From Promethearchaeota archaeon (GTDB lineage Archaea > Asgardarchaeota > Lokiarchaeia > Sigyniarchaeales > SOKP01), in NCBI GenBank assembly GCA_019058015.1, contig JAHLWH010000263.1:1-41296 (forward strand): DNA of 41,296 bases. The letters are read 5' to 3'. A model generated the notes under the pieces. The model saw only the letters and a list, made by a program, of their open reading frames with translations. It was not told the origin of the DNA and searched no databases. Position 1 is the first letter of the stretch. Each line of letters opens with the position of its first letter. A program made the translations under genes and the position numbers. Below are positions 27,303 to 37,199 of this stretch, in pieces.

Positions 27303-28778
27303 TCACAATCCCCATTTTCCTGGATTAAAGATATTGTTGGGATCCATTGCATTTTTGATTCGTTCTAATAATTTAATCCAATTTGGGTCGCACATTTCTC
27401 TTATTCTTTCTGTCATCCAGACAGGTGTTTTATAAGGCACACAATCGTGTTCAAGCATAACTTCCAAAAATTCTTTTTGTAGTTTTTCTACTATTGCTTG
27501 CTCTTTTTTCTTATTATATCGAATAATTGGTCTGAAAACACAATAATGGCTTGATTTCATGCTTTTCATATAAATTATTGGTCCAATTCCATATTGTTTA
27601 AATAAGTTATAACATTTCTCCATAAGGGGTCCAAGATGATCCGGGTTTGCATAGCTCCCGATCCAAGTTAATCCATCCCATTCATATAGAGGAGTTATTA
27701 CGCTGGGAATATTGTAGAACATTCTAAATTCAGGACCTAAAATATTAGCGAAGGTGAAGAAATTTGTAAGGAATATTTTATTTTTAACTCTTTCCTTTAT
27801 TTTCTTAAAAGTCTTTCTTACGTAATTTATTTTAGCGTTTAGTAATTCTTTCGTATGACCTGAAATGGATATTAAAACTACATAATCCGGTTCTTTTTCA
27901 AACTTTTTAGGTTTAATCAAGCCATACGTCATTTTTGCTATTTCTGAATTAATTGCAGAAATATCCTCACAAACTTCAATTCTACCCAATTCTCTAAGAA
28001 TTTCAGCACATTCCTCATGTCCATAAACAATTGCTAATAATCCCATATTATATTCCTTTTTAGGCCATAATTGGACTGCACATTTAGTTACAATTCCAGT
28101 CATTCCTTGCCAACAAAGAAATAAACCGGTTAAATCAGGAATTGGATATCGCGCAAACCAATTATCAGGTTTAAATTCCTTAGAAAGAAAACATGAACCA
28201 GTTCTAACTAAATCCCCGTTATTTAGAATAATTTCCAACCCATTTACCCAATCTGCCATACTTCCATAGGAACCACTTAAATTTGATAATCCGGATAAAA
28301 GAGCGTTTCCAACAACGCTAGCATATGGTGGGGCCATTGTATAACCGTATTTCAGATTTGGATGGTTCTTATCTAAATATTTTTTTAATTGTCCGAATGT
28401 CACGCCGGGTTCTAATAGGGCGTACATCATCGATTCATGAATTTTAACAATCTTATTCATTTTTTTACCCATATCTAAAATAATTCCACCTTCATTTGGA
28501 ATTGTGAGACCTCCTACGTTATTTCCGCTAATATAGGGAACAATTGGGATTGAATACTCATTAGAAAAATTTACTAAAGAGATAATTTGATTTACAGTTT
28601 CTGGAATTACCACAAAATCCGGGATATGTGGCGTTGCTTCAGTCATATCATAAGAGTAGGGATATAAATCATGTTGCCTATCAGAAACATTAGATTTTCC
28701 AAACATCTTTATTAATTCATTTAATATTTTTTCTTTCTCTATCCTTTCAAAAATATTTCTTTCTTTAATGGTTGTCAA
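27303..28778 (-). CDS. FAD-binding oxidoreductase, VAO/PCMH (GlcD-like) family
   Basis: TTG start after GAGGAGG; PDFVVIPET, PIVPYISGNN, LEPGVTFGQL, GLEIILNNGDLVRTG, QGMTGIVTK and IKNAMDPNNIFNPGKW. Confidence 0.92.
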   Translation of the reverse strand: MTTIKERNIFERIEKEKILNELIKMFGKSNVSDRQHDLYPYSYDMTEATPHIPDFVVIPETVNQIISLVNFSNEYSIPIVPYISGNNVGGLTIPNEGGIILDMGKKMNKIVKIHESMMYALLEPGVTFGQLKKYLDKNHPNLKYGYTMAPPYASVVGNALLSGLSNLSGSYGSMADWVNGLEIILNNGDLVRTGSCFLSKEFKPDNWFARYPIPDLTGLFLCWQGMTGIVTKCAVQLWPKKEYNMGLLAIVYGHEECAEILRELGRIEVCEDISAINSEIAKMTYGLIKPKKFEKEPDYVVLISISGHTKELLNAKINYVRKTFKKIKERVKNKIFLTNFFTFANILGPEFRMFYNIPSVITPLYEWDGLTWIGSYANPDHLGPLMEKCYNLFKQYGIGPIIYMKSMKSSHYCVFRPIIRYNKKKEQAIVEKLQKEFLEVMLEHDCVPYKTPVWMTERIREMCDPNWIKLLERIKNAMDPNNIFNPGKWGL

Positions 28779-28780
28779 AT

Positions 28781-29173
28781 TTAAGCCTCCTCGTAAGTTT
28801 TATTTGCCAAATGTAATGCTTTAACAAAAATGCTTTGAAATTTATTTATTGTAAAAATGCGGTAAATTTTTTTTACTTTTAATTTTCTTCTTAAAAAAGC
28901 AGAGATTAACCCCATTCTCCCCTCGGTTATAGATATTAAAGCATCAAGTGCCATTCTTATTTTTAAGTGATATTTTGGGTTTTCTCCATATTCAATAGTA
29001 ATTTCTGAATTATTAAAAATTACTGTTATTTTATATAAACCAATTATTTCGACTACGATTATTCGCTGCCAATTCTTGATTTTCTTTAAAACTTTTTCAT
29101 TGGTTAACATTGGTGTAAGTACATTTTTTATTGCTAAACCTAAGATATCCTCTGGTTGATTTATTATACTCAT
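28781..29173 (-). CDS. SCP2 sterol/lipid-binding domain protein
   Basis: LKIRMALDALISITEGRMGLISAFLRRKLKV matches the SCP2 C-terminal pattern. Confidence 0.75.
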   Translation of the reverse strand: MSIINQPEDILGLAIKNVLTPMLTNEKVLKKIKNWQRIIVVEIIGLYKITVIFNNSEITIEYGENPKYHLKIRMALDALISITEGRMGLISAFLRRKLKVKKIYRIFTINKFQSIFVKALHLANKTYEEA

Positions 29174-29174
29174 T

Positions 29175-29432
29175 TTAAACTCGGATTTTTTTTAATTTTT
29201 TTAAATTGTATTTAACACTTATTGCCTTTTCCGGACACAACTCGACACATAGTCCGCAATTTGTGCATAAACTAGGGAAGATAGGAAAAATTTTCCAATC
29301 TTTAGGATTATGATAATCCTCATCTTCGAATGTAAGTAATAATACTTCCGGTTGACAAATATTTAAACATTTCATACAATTTTCAGGAGTAGTACATTTT
29401 GCATAATCAATATCAATTTTTATTTTCCTCAT
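29175..29432 (-). CDS. Ferredoxin (4Fe-4S dicluster)
   Basis: CTTPENCMKCLNICQP and CTNCGLCVELCP. Confidence 0.9.
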   Translation of the reverse strand: MRKIKIDIDYAKCTTPENCMKCLNICQPEVLLLTFEDEDYHNPKDWKIFPIFPSLCTNCGLCVELCPEKAISVKYNLKKLKKIRV

Positions 29433-30298
29433 TAATACATCCCTCGTGTAATTGCAATTGTATTCCTATCAATTAAATTTATTGCTTGTTCTTCACAAAC
29501 CTCCTTACAGAGTCCGCACCCAAAGCACCTTTTAACATCAATTATTGGTCTATTTATTGAAGATGCGAAACTTATTGCTCCAAATTGGCAACGTGAAACA
29601 CATTTACCACATCCAATACATTTATTCGGGTCTAATGTGGCTACGTATTCTCCTTTATATACGACACCTACATCAAAATCCATCCTAACTCTAAGCCCCA
29701 TACATTGAGGGTATTCACAAGAGCACATAGCTGCTATATATGGGAGTGGCCCCATCCAAATTGTATGAACTTTTCCCTCTTGGTTCATTTTATCTAAAAA
29801 TGATTCAGTTTCATCTGGCGAAAGAACCTTAACACCATTTTCTGGAATGAATCGAGGGAGTTTTGGCAAAACTTCAGCTAATGCCGTAAATCCCAAACAT
29901 GTATTTACTTTTATTCCTCTATGCATATAGCGACAAGGGCAAACAGCTTGCACAACCTCTTCTGCTAAATTTGTTGTTATCATCTTTGCCTCCTCAAGAG
30001 GAATTACCTGGCCCAAATGACCCTCAGCTATTCGAGGATTTGGATTTTTCGGTTTTTCTATCTTTCTCTGGATGATCCATTTAATCACCCGCCCAATTAT
30101 AGGAAGCTTGAGTCTATAACCAATCGTTTTGTTTATTGACATACCTAATGTTTTTCCCGTATAAACTCTCTCAAGATTTCCCCATAATACATCCAAATAT
30201 TCAACAGCATTCATCTTTTCAGCGGTTTCCTTTAAGTAATTTTTAGCATTAAGATACCATTTTTTACCGGCGCCGTGTTCTTGACACCATTTACAGAT
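29432..30298 (-). CDS. 4Fe-4S binding protein (probable ATC start 30298; track uses GTG 30307)
   Basis: CKWCQEHGAGKKWYL, HLGQVIP, CPCR, CSCEYPQC, CIGCGKCVSRCQF and CFGCGLCKEVC. First gene of a four-gene operon with 0-2 nt spacing or 1-nt overlap. Confidence 0.88.
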   Translation of the reverse strand: MCKWCQEHGAGKKWYLNAKNYLKETAEKMNAVEYLDVLWGNLERVYTGKTLGMSINKTIGYRLKLPIIGRVIKWIIQRKIEKPKNPNPRIAEGHLGQVIPLEEAKMITTNLAEEVVQAVCPCRYMHRGIKVNTCLGFTALAEVLPKLPRFIPENGVKVLSPDETESFLDKMNQEGKVHTIWMGPLPYIAAMCSCEYPQCMGLRVRMDFDVGVVYKGEYVATLDPNKCIGCGKCVSRCQFGAISFASSINRPIIDVKRCFGCGLCKEVCEEQAINLIDRNTIAITRGMY

Positions 30299-30413
30299 AT
30301 TTATCACCTTTTTTTTTTAATTAAACCTATATCACCGTTTTTCTTAATAATTATTCGGTTTAAAGATAAATTCTTTATTTTTTTATAAAAATAAAAAAAT
30401 TGTCGAGAATTAC

Positions 30414-31337
30414 TTAAAGCCATTTAACTCTTACTGGTTTTCGAGCCGGAACTCTATGATATTTAACATTGGGATACCCTATTGATAATGTATATCCTAT
30501 AATATTTCCTTTTGGGATTTTTACCAATTCAGAAACAGAATTGAATTGATTTAATAGAGAGGTTGCAAATCCTAAAGAGCAAGTTGCTAAACCCAAAGTT
30601 TCTGCAGCCAACATTATATGACAAGCGGCTAGCGAGCAATCCTCTACTAAAGTGGATGTTGTTTCTTTAGGAGCATGAATTATAATAATCTCCGTGTTCC
30701 AACGCCAAAATTCTATTCCTACCTTAATTCCAAGTAATATCCTTTTAAAAGAATCAAGTCGTTCCCCTACAATTCTCAACATCTTTTCTCCTAATACCGC
30801 TTTCAGCGAAGCATACCCTTCAGGATCTTCATATTTTTTTATAAAATCAGAAACATTTTTTGTTAAAGCTTCTGAAAATTTAGTAAGTAATTCTGGATTT
30901 TTCACGATCGTATAATGAACATTTTCAGTGTTGGAACCAGTAGGAGAATATCTTGATAATTCTAAAATCTTTTCAATTAATTCTTTTGGAACTGGCTTTT
31001 CTTTAAATTGTCGGATTGACCTTCGAGTTTGAACAAGATTATATAAAGAATCGTAAGTTATTTCCTTTTCTTTTGCTGGAAGATCTTTCACTCCATCTAA
31101 AGGACGAGTTTTTAATTGAATCACATTAACAGGGCAGATAGCTACGCAATGACCACATTCAATACAATCTTCTTCAAAATTATTCGCTATTTGAAGCCTA
31201 TCATCTTTGAAATAAAATAGTCTGGGAACACAATCGTTAACACAAGCTTTACACTTGGTGCACTCCCCCACATTTATAAAAATTTTAGAATTTTCTATTA
31301 TTTCTTGGTTTGAATTTATATTTTCCATATTAAACAC
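30414..31337 (-). CDS. Nitroreductase family protein with N-terminal ferredoxin domain
   Basis: CTKCKACVNDC, CIECGHCVAICP, RRSIRQFK, SPTGSN, LAAETLGLATC and IGYP. Confidence 0.93.
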   Translation of the reverse strand: MFNMENINSNQEIIENSKIFINVGECTKCKACVNDCVPRLFYFKDDRLQIANNFEEDCIECGHCVAICPVNVIQLKTRPLDGVKDLPAKEKEITYDSLYNLVQTRRSIRQFKEKPVPKELIEKILELSRYSPTGSNTENVHYTIVKNPELLTKFSEALTKNVSDFIKKYEDPEGYASLKAVLGEKMLRIVGERLDSFKRILLGIKVGIEFWRWNTEIIIIHAPKETTSTLVEDCSLAACHIMLAAETLGLATCSLGFATSLLNQFNSVSELVKIPKGNIIGYTLSIGYPNVKYHRVPARKPVRVKWL

Positions 31338-31357
31338 TTCATAAGTAAATGAACTTT

Positions 31358-32422
31358 TTATAGAATTGAAAAAATCAAGTTGGTTAATAACATTGTTCCT
31401 AATCCTAGAAATATAGAGATGGGTAATCCGGGTAAAATTTTATTTTTCTTTAATCCCAAGATTGTAATTCCGGTACCTAATATTACAGCACATGCTGTTG
31501 CGATTAATATTACAATATTATTTGTGAAAATTAATGCATGGGAGGTTAGCATACTGTAAAAGGCTAAATCTCCAATACCAATCTCTAATGAAGATATATC
31601 ATATTCAACCTCATACTCTTCATTTTCTGCTTTTTCATCTAATTTTTTAATTTTTTCTTTTTTTGGAGAATTTTCAAGAACAATATCAAACATCTTTTTG
31701 ATTGGACCCCGTTTTGATTTGACAGCGTATATATCCCAAATTGAAATTAGGATTAAAATAATTATTGTGGTAATTGGTGGGATTATCATCCCCATAAAAG
31801 CTCCAATTAATAAACCTATAAGTAGAATAAATATATTTTTAATTCTGAGGGAGTCTCCTTTTACATATTTATAAATCATAAAAATTGTAAAGGCACCTAT
31901 GCATACATACATTATATTTGAAACAATTATGTAAAGCTCATTTTCAAATATGTCTTTAGTTATTAACCATAAAATTATATCTCCATAAAGAATCAATAGA
32001 AAGAAGCATAAAATTGCAAAAGAAAAAGCAAAAATGTATTTTAAAGCATTAATTCCTTTTTTCTTAATAATATATATCATAATAAAACTTGCAACAGCTG
32101 CATAACCGATAAAAATTAATCCATTTAATAATGCTCCTATACCTCCATATTCTGACTCAGGAAAAATTACTCCTTCAATCTGAATTCCGGATACAATATA
32201 ACTAAGATATGCCAATATTCCAGATAGGATTACAACCAATATAATTGGGAGTGGAAAATATTTTGCTTTAACTTGAAATGTAGGCATAAAGCTTGGTTCA
32301 GATATTTCTTCCTCAATAACATTATTATCATTAAGGATCTTTTCTTTCTGTCCCTCAAGATTTATTTTCCTATCAGAATTCTTCTCTTCTTTCTTGTCAT
32401 TAATTTCCTTATTTTCAGGCAT
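31358..32422 (-). CDS. Presenilin-family intramembrane aspartyl protease (A22)
   Basis: About 9 TM segments; ISIWDIYAV (YD-type motif), GPIKKM, GIGDLAFYSML (GxGD) and LPGLPISI (PAL-type motif). Confidence 0.92.
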   Translation of the reverse strand: MPENKEINDKKEEKNSDRKINLEGQKEKILNDNNVIEEEISEPSFMPTFQVKAKYFPLPIILVVILSGILAYLSYIVSGIQIEGVIFPESEYGGIGALLNGLIFIGYAAVASFIMIYIIKKKGINALKYIFAFSFAILCFFLLILYGDIILWLITKDIFENELYIIVSNIMYVCIGAFTIFMIYKYVKGDSLRIKNIFILLIGLLIGAFMGMIIPPITTIIILILISIWDIYAVKSKRGPIKKMFDIVLENSPKKEKIKKLDEKAENEEYEVEYDISSLEIGIGDLAFYSMLTSHALIFTNNIVILIATACAVILGTGITILGLKKNKILPGLPISIFLGLGTMLLTNLIFSIL

Positions 32423-32570
32423 TATCTTCTATTTATAATTTTAAAATTATTAAAAACCATTGCATTAAGAATTGAAGGAATTCTAAAATACAAATTCTTT
32501 TTGTTTTTTTAAATAATTTGGAAAAAACCCTAAATAATTTTAATATTAAAAAATATAATATCTTCTAATT

Positions 32571-32876
32571 ATGACTATTTTATTGTCAAAACATTTGGGT
32601 AGAAGTGTAATATTCAATCAGCAAGGAGTCAAAATCGGTAAATTAGATGACCTCGTAGTTTCAAAAGAAACAGGGAAAATCATTTCATATATTGTGAAAT
32701 TGACTGATACTAAAAGTATTATCTCAAAATTACCTAAATTAGAGAAAGGATTAATAATGGTACCTTTTCCATTTATCTCATTTAATAATGCGAAATTTTA
32801 TATTTTTGAAAATGAAATTGCAAAATTTTTAGAAAAAAGCAAGGAAAAACAAATATCATATGAAGATGTTAAATAA
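32571..32876 (+). CDS. PRC-barrel domain protein
   Basis: LGRSVIFNQQGVKIGKLDDLVVSKETGKIISYIV...MVPFPFI. Confidence 0.85.
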   Translation: MTILLSKHLGRSVIFNQQGVKIGKLDDLVVSKETGKIISYIVKLTDTKSIISKLPKLEKGLIMVPFPFISFNNAKFYIFENEIAKFLEKSKEKQISYEDVK

Positions 32877-32881
32877 GTATT

Positions 32882-34129
32882 TTAAAATGAAATACTTGGG
32901 ATTTTTTGTACAAATTCAAACACTTTCTGAAATCTTTCTTCTTTGGGTCTCTTATAATAACGTAAAGGATATAATTCATTTATGGTAAATTTGTAAATTT
33001 CAATCCATATTTTTGCCACTTCATCTATCCTATGCATCTTTGCATACTTTTTACAATTTTTGCTTAACTCCGCTCTTAAATCATCATCTTTAAATAATTG
33101 AATAACTCTATTTTCAAATTCATTTAAATTATTAACGAGAAATCCAGTTTTTTTATGTCTTATCACATCTTTTATACCGCATCCATTTGCACCTACTGAA
33201 GGAGTACCTTGAGCCATTGATTCTAATAAAACTAAACCTTCCGCTTCAACCCAACTGTATAAACATGATACATCAGCTGTCTTATAAATATTTAGTAACT
33301 CCATATCGGATACGTATCCTGTTTGTGTTACATGTTTTTGTAATTTGTACCAATGAATTCTACGTTTAATCGATTGCACAGATGGTCCTGTTCCAACTAA
33401 TAATAAATGAGAATCAGGGATTTCCTTATGTATTCTTTTAAATGCCTTTACTACTTTTTCAATGTTTTTTTCAGGAGATTGACGAGATGCATACACTAAA
33501 ACTTTTTTATCACCGAGATTATATTTTTCTCTAATATCATTCCCATCAACTTTTTGGAAGTAGAAATCATCAATGCCATTCGTTAAGCTTATAATAGGAT
33601 TTTTAAAAAATCTGTGTTCAAGTAGTAACTCCTTTTTTGAGGGAGTTGGAACAGAAACCAAATCAAATTTTTGCCAAATATGTCTCTCCCATGCCCATAG
33701 AAAACCAGTCTTACTCATTATCTTCCCTGCTATAGGAATATATGTATCTGAATAATATGCAAGTGGAGAATGATGAGTTCCAACCAGTGGGATACCTAAA
33801 TATTTTGACCAACTAAGTCCCATCACTCCAATAGTTACAGGAGTCATAATATGGCTTATGTCTAAAAATTCATGCTCAGGAAAAAAATAATTGTGAATTG
33901 GGAGTGAAAATATTATTTCTGGGTTTGTTCCTACCCTAAACCCACCAATACTATGAATAAATAGATTTTTTGGTTTAGGTAACCCATTTTGAATTTTAGG
34001 AGAAAAAACATGAACTCTGTGCCCTGTTCTCGCTATAGCTTCGGCTAAACTTCTGACAGCTTTTGCAATCCCACTTATTTGGGAGTACATCATACTGAAA
34101 AATCCGATATCAAGAACGTTTTTAGGCAT
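32882..34129 (-). CDS. GT4 glycosyltransferase (diacylglycerol glucosyltransferase-like)
   Basis: QISGIAKAV, GHRVHVFSP, GTHHS, NGID, SRQSPEKN, LVGTGP and EAEGLVLLESMAQGTP. Confidence 0.9.
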   Translation of the reverse strand: MPKNVLDIGFFSMMYSQISGIAKAVRSLAEAIARTGHRVHVFSPKIQNGLPKPKNLFIHSIGGFRVGTNPEIIFSLPIHNYFFPEHEFLDISHIMTPVTIGVMGLSWSKYLGIPLVGTHHSPLAYYSDTYIPIAGKIMSKTGFLWAWERHIWQKFDLVSVPTPSKKELLLEHRFFKNPIISLTNGIDDFYFQKVDGNDIREKYNLGDKKVLVYASRQSPEKNIEKVVKAFKRIHKEIPDSHLLLVGTGPSVQSIKRRIHWYKLQKHVTQTGYVSDMELLNIYKTADVSCLYSWVEAEGLVLLESMAQGTPSVGANGCGIKDVIRHKKTGFLVNNLNEFENRVIQLFKDDDLRAELSKNCKKYAKMHRIDEVAKIWIEIYKFTINELYPLRYYKRPKEERFQKVFEFVQKIPSISF

Positions 34130-34418
34130 CTAAGTTTGAACTCTATTCTTTCCTAAAATTGGTAATAAAATTATTAATAGTGTCATATATTTTTATTTAG
34201 ATATTTATTTATATAAATCCTTGTTTTATTAAAAAAATTGATAGTTTTTAATAAATTTAGCAATATCATTCCACATTCTTAATGGAAATAGATGATTCTT
34301 ATAGGTAAATATTTATTATTAGCTTTTGAAATTAATTTTTTTTATTCTCCGTATTTTTTTATTTTTTTTAAACAAATTTGATCAAAAATTTTTTTTACAA
34401 TCAATTATTTTGTTTCTT

Positions 34419-34613
34419 ATGGATGTGGAACAAGAGAAAGTAATTTTAGAAGAAATAAGAAGTATGAAATATCTGCCATATTCAATGGAGCTTATTTCCG
34501 TTGATGGAGATACTTATACCCTTCGTAATAATTGGGGCAATATAATCATATATATAAAGAAAGGGGATAACTATTTTCTGAAAAAGGAATTAGAGATGGA
34601 AGATAAAAAATAG
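34419..34613 (+). CDS. Small hypothetical protein (64 aa)
   Basis: Protein-like composition from ATG 34419 (MDVEQEK...YTLRNNWG). The track's upstream extension is T-rich spacer. Confidence 0.6.
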   Translation: MDVEQEKVILEEIRSMKYLPYSMELISVDGDTYTLRNNWGNIIIYIKKGDNYFLKKELEMEDKK

Positions 34614-34762
34614 ATTTTTTTTTTCAGGAATAAATTTAGCTGCTATATATTTTTACAATATTATCTAAAAAAAGATCAATAAGAATTTATGTTAAAATGG
34701 TTATTCTTTATTAAGAGAGTTAATTTCTTTATATTAATATTTTCTAAAAGGTTGTTCTTTAA

Positions 34763-35854
34763 TTGAGAAGAATTAGAAGGAATAGTGAACGGAGAACAGA
34801 ATCTAAAGAGGGAGAAAAGTTCCGAGCCGTAATTGATGATCGAACTTCAGTTACTATTATTAGCCGACCAGAGAATACGAAATTAATTATAAGAATTGAT
34901 CTCTCAAATAATTATGATCTACAAATTGAAGCTTCGGAAGCGCCGATTGTAAATAAAATTATTGGGAGTCCCGAGCCATATGAAATATCTATGGCAGATA
35001 TTAAGATTTTGGTGGAAGAAATTTTTCCTATTAATGATTCAATTAAAAAAGTATTTGGGGACGAAAAAGATCTAGATTTAAATAAGATAAGACTATCAGT
35101 TGGTGGGGAAAAAGATGATTATGTATCAATTGAAGAATCTGATTTAACTATTAATAATGTTCATCCAACATTGAACGGATTGATGGAATTTATACAAGAA
35201 AATCGTGAAAGTATTATTGGTTTTTTAAATAGAGAGTATATAAATGAGGAAGGAAACGTTATCTATTTAAGTTGTCAAAAAAAGAACCTTTCCCCTAATA
35301 TTTCATCAATTAAATTAAAATTATTATCGAGCATGCAACAGAGAGGATACTATTTACAAGAAGTTCATAAATACTACGGCATACAGCTTTATATTATAAT
35401 TGAGGCAAAAAAATTTGATGATGAGTTATTATACCGATTCCTTCAAGAGCTTGGAATTAATTGGGAGATGATATATTTCAGAAGGAAATTATCATTGTTC
35501 GATTGGACCGGCATAGAATGTGAAAGAAATTCAGATAATTTAAAAGGTTATATTCGAGCGAAATATGAAAACCTAAACTATTTTGATATAAATAATATTA
35601 CCCGAATCGTTGTAAAAAATCAATTATCTTTCAAAGTTGCTGATAAAATTGCATCTCTTCTGTATGGAATGAAAAGAGAGAGAGCAAATCTACATGGGGA
35701 TGAGGAATATTCTACTACTATAAAAAAGGCAGAAATTGTAGCAGCAACCAAGCTTGCATGTGCTTATCTCGGAGTTAAAAAGGAAATTATAATTGATAAA
35801 GATATTTCTCTATTTGATGTTCAAAAATATGAGAAAGAACTCACAAATATTTAA
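34763..35854 (+). CDS. Hypothetical protein; C-terminal half possibly two degenerate TFIIB/cyclin-fold repeats
   Basis: Repeats VIYLSCQKKNLSPNI...RGY...LYII and NITRIVVKNQLSFKV...AEIVAATKLACAYLGV...DVQKYEKEL. No Zn ribbon. Confidence 0.55.
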   Translation: MRRIRRNSERRTESKEGEKFRAVIDDRTSVTIISRPENTKLIIRIDLSNNYDLQIEASEAPIVNKIIGSPEPYEISMADIKILVEEIFPINDSIKKVFGDEKDLDLNKIRLSVGGEKDDYVSIEESDLTINNVHPTLNGLMEFIQENRESIIGFLNREYINEEGNVIYLSCQKKNLSPNISSIKLKLLSSMQQRGYYLQEVHKYYGIQLYIIIEAKKFDDELLYRFLQELGINWEMIYFRRKLSLFDWTGIECERNSDNLKGYIRAKYENLNYFDINNITRIVVKNQLSFKVADKIASLLYGMKRERANLHGDEEYSTTIKKAEIVAATKLACAYLGVKKEIIIDKDISLFDVQKYEKELTNI

Positions 35855-36023
35855 TTTCCACTGTTAAGTCTAAATTTATATCTCTTTTTTTATAAGTTCT
35901 TACTTCCAATTTATCCTCTGCTATAATAATCTTTTTAAAAGCAATTTTTACTCAAAACAAAAATTGATATAAAATAAAAAAACAAAGAACTAACAAAAGC
36001 TAAAGATTTCCGAGATTATTAAT

Positions 36024-37124
36024 TTGAAACAAATTAAATTTGAAAATTATTATAATAAAGTTTTAGGCAGTTGGATTGGTAGAGTTGCGGGAGACCATGT
36101 TGGTGCTCCAATTGAGTTTAAACCTTATGATTTTATTATGCAACAATATGGAACAATAGACTCTTATTTAAAACCGGTTGATGTTAATTATGTCAATGAT
36201 GATGAAATGTATGAAATTTGTGCTCTTATTGCGTTGGAAAAGCATGGACTTGATATTTCTTCAAAAGACATTGCAAAAGAATGGGTGTATCGCCTATATA
36301 CACAAAATTTCACCGCAGAAAGAGTTGCTTTAAAAAATTTAAGAAAAGGAATCGAGCCACCCAAATCAGGAATTACAAAAAACATTTGGTATGATGCTAT
36401 TGGAGCACAAATGAGAGCAGATATTTGGGGGCAAATATGTCCTGGTTGTCCAAGGATGGCTAAATATTATGCAGAAATTGATGGATCTATTTCACATGCC
36501 GGAATTGGCATTGATGGGGAAGTATATGTAGCGATATTAATTTCTAGTGCTTTTTTTGAAAAAGATATTAGAAAAAATATTCATAATTCAATAAAATTCC
36601 TTCCCTTGAGAGAAGAAAGTAGATATACAGATATGATTTTTAAAGCAATTGAATTATATGATGAAAATCCAAATGATTTTCGTAAAGCAAGAAAGAAATT
36701 AATGGAATATTGGAATACTATAAGAGTAGAATTAGTACAAAAAGCTAACGTTAGAAGAAAGAGGGAATTCTTAAATCACGAGATATTATCAGGAGTTCAT
36801 GTTTTACCTAATGCAGGCTTTATAATTTTATCATTATTGTATGGTGCCAATACAAAAGAAGATCCCCTTGGACGTTCAATTTGTATTGCAGCAATGCTTG
36901 GTTTGGACACAGATTGTAATTGTGGCAATGTAGGAGCGATTATTGGGGCTCAAAGTGGTGCAGAAATGATAAAATCGAAGTGGAGAAAGCCATTAAAAGA
37001 TACTTTTAATACTTATGTTAAAGATTATGAACATTGGAAAATTTCAGAGTTAGCATCCAGAATTGCAAAAATTGGTAAGCAAATATGTGAAACCAAATGC
37101 AAGGATATTGTTAATATTATCTAA
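36024..37124 (+). CDS. ADP-ribosylglycohydrolase family protein (DraG/ARH)
   Basis: GRVAGDHVGAPIE, NDDEMYE, TAERVA, IGAQMRADIWG, ISH and GLDTDCNCGNVGAIIG. Confidence 0.92.
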   Translation: MKQIKFENYYNKVLGSWIGRVAGDHVGAPIEFKPYDFIMQQYGTIDSYLKPVDVNYVNDDEMYEICALIALEKHGLDISSKDIAKEWVYRLYTQNFTAERVALKNLRKGIEPPKSGITKNIWYDAIGAQMRADIWGQICPGCPRMAKYYAEIDGSISHAGIGIDGEVYVAILISSAFFEKDIRKNIHNSIKFLPLREESRYTDMIFKAIELYDENPNDFRKARKKLMEYWNTIRVELVQKANVRRKREFLNHEILSGVHVLPNAGFIILSLLYGANTKEDPLGRSICIAAMLGLDTDCNCGNVGAIIGAQSGAEMIKSKWRKPLKDTFNTYVKDYEHWKISELASRIAKIGKQICETKCKDIVNII

Positions 37125-37199
37125 TTTTAGTTTCTGTTATGTCAAATATAAACTATTTTTTTTTAACTAAATCGATTTAGAATATAAGGATTATTTTTC

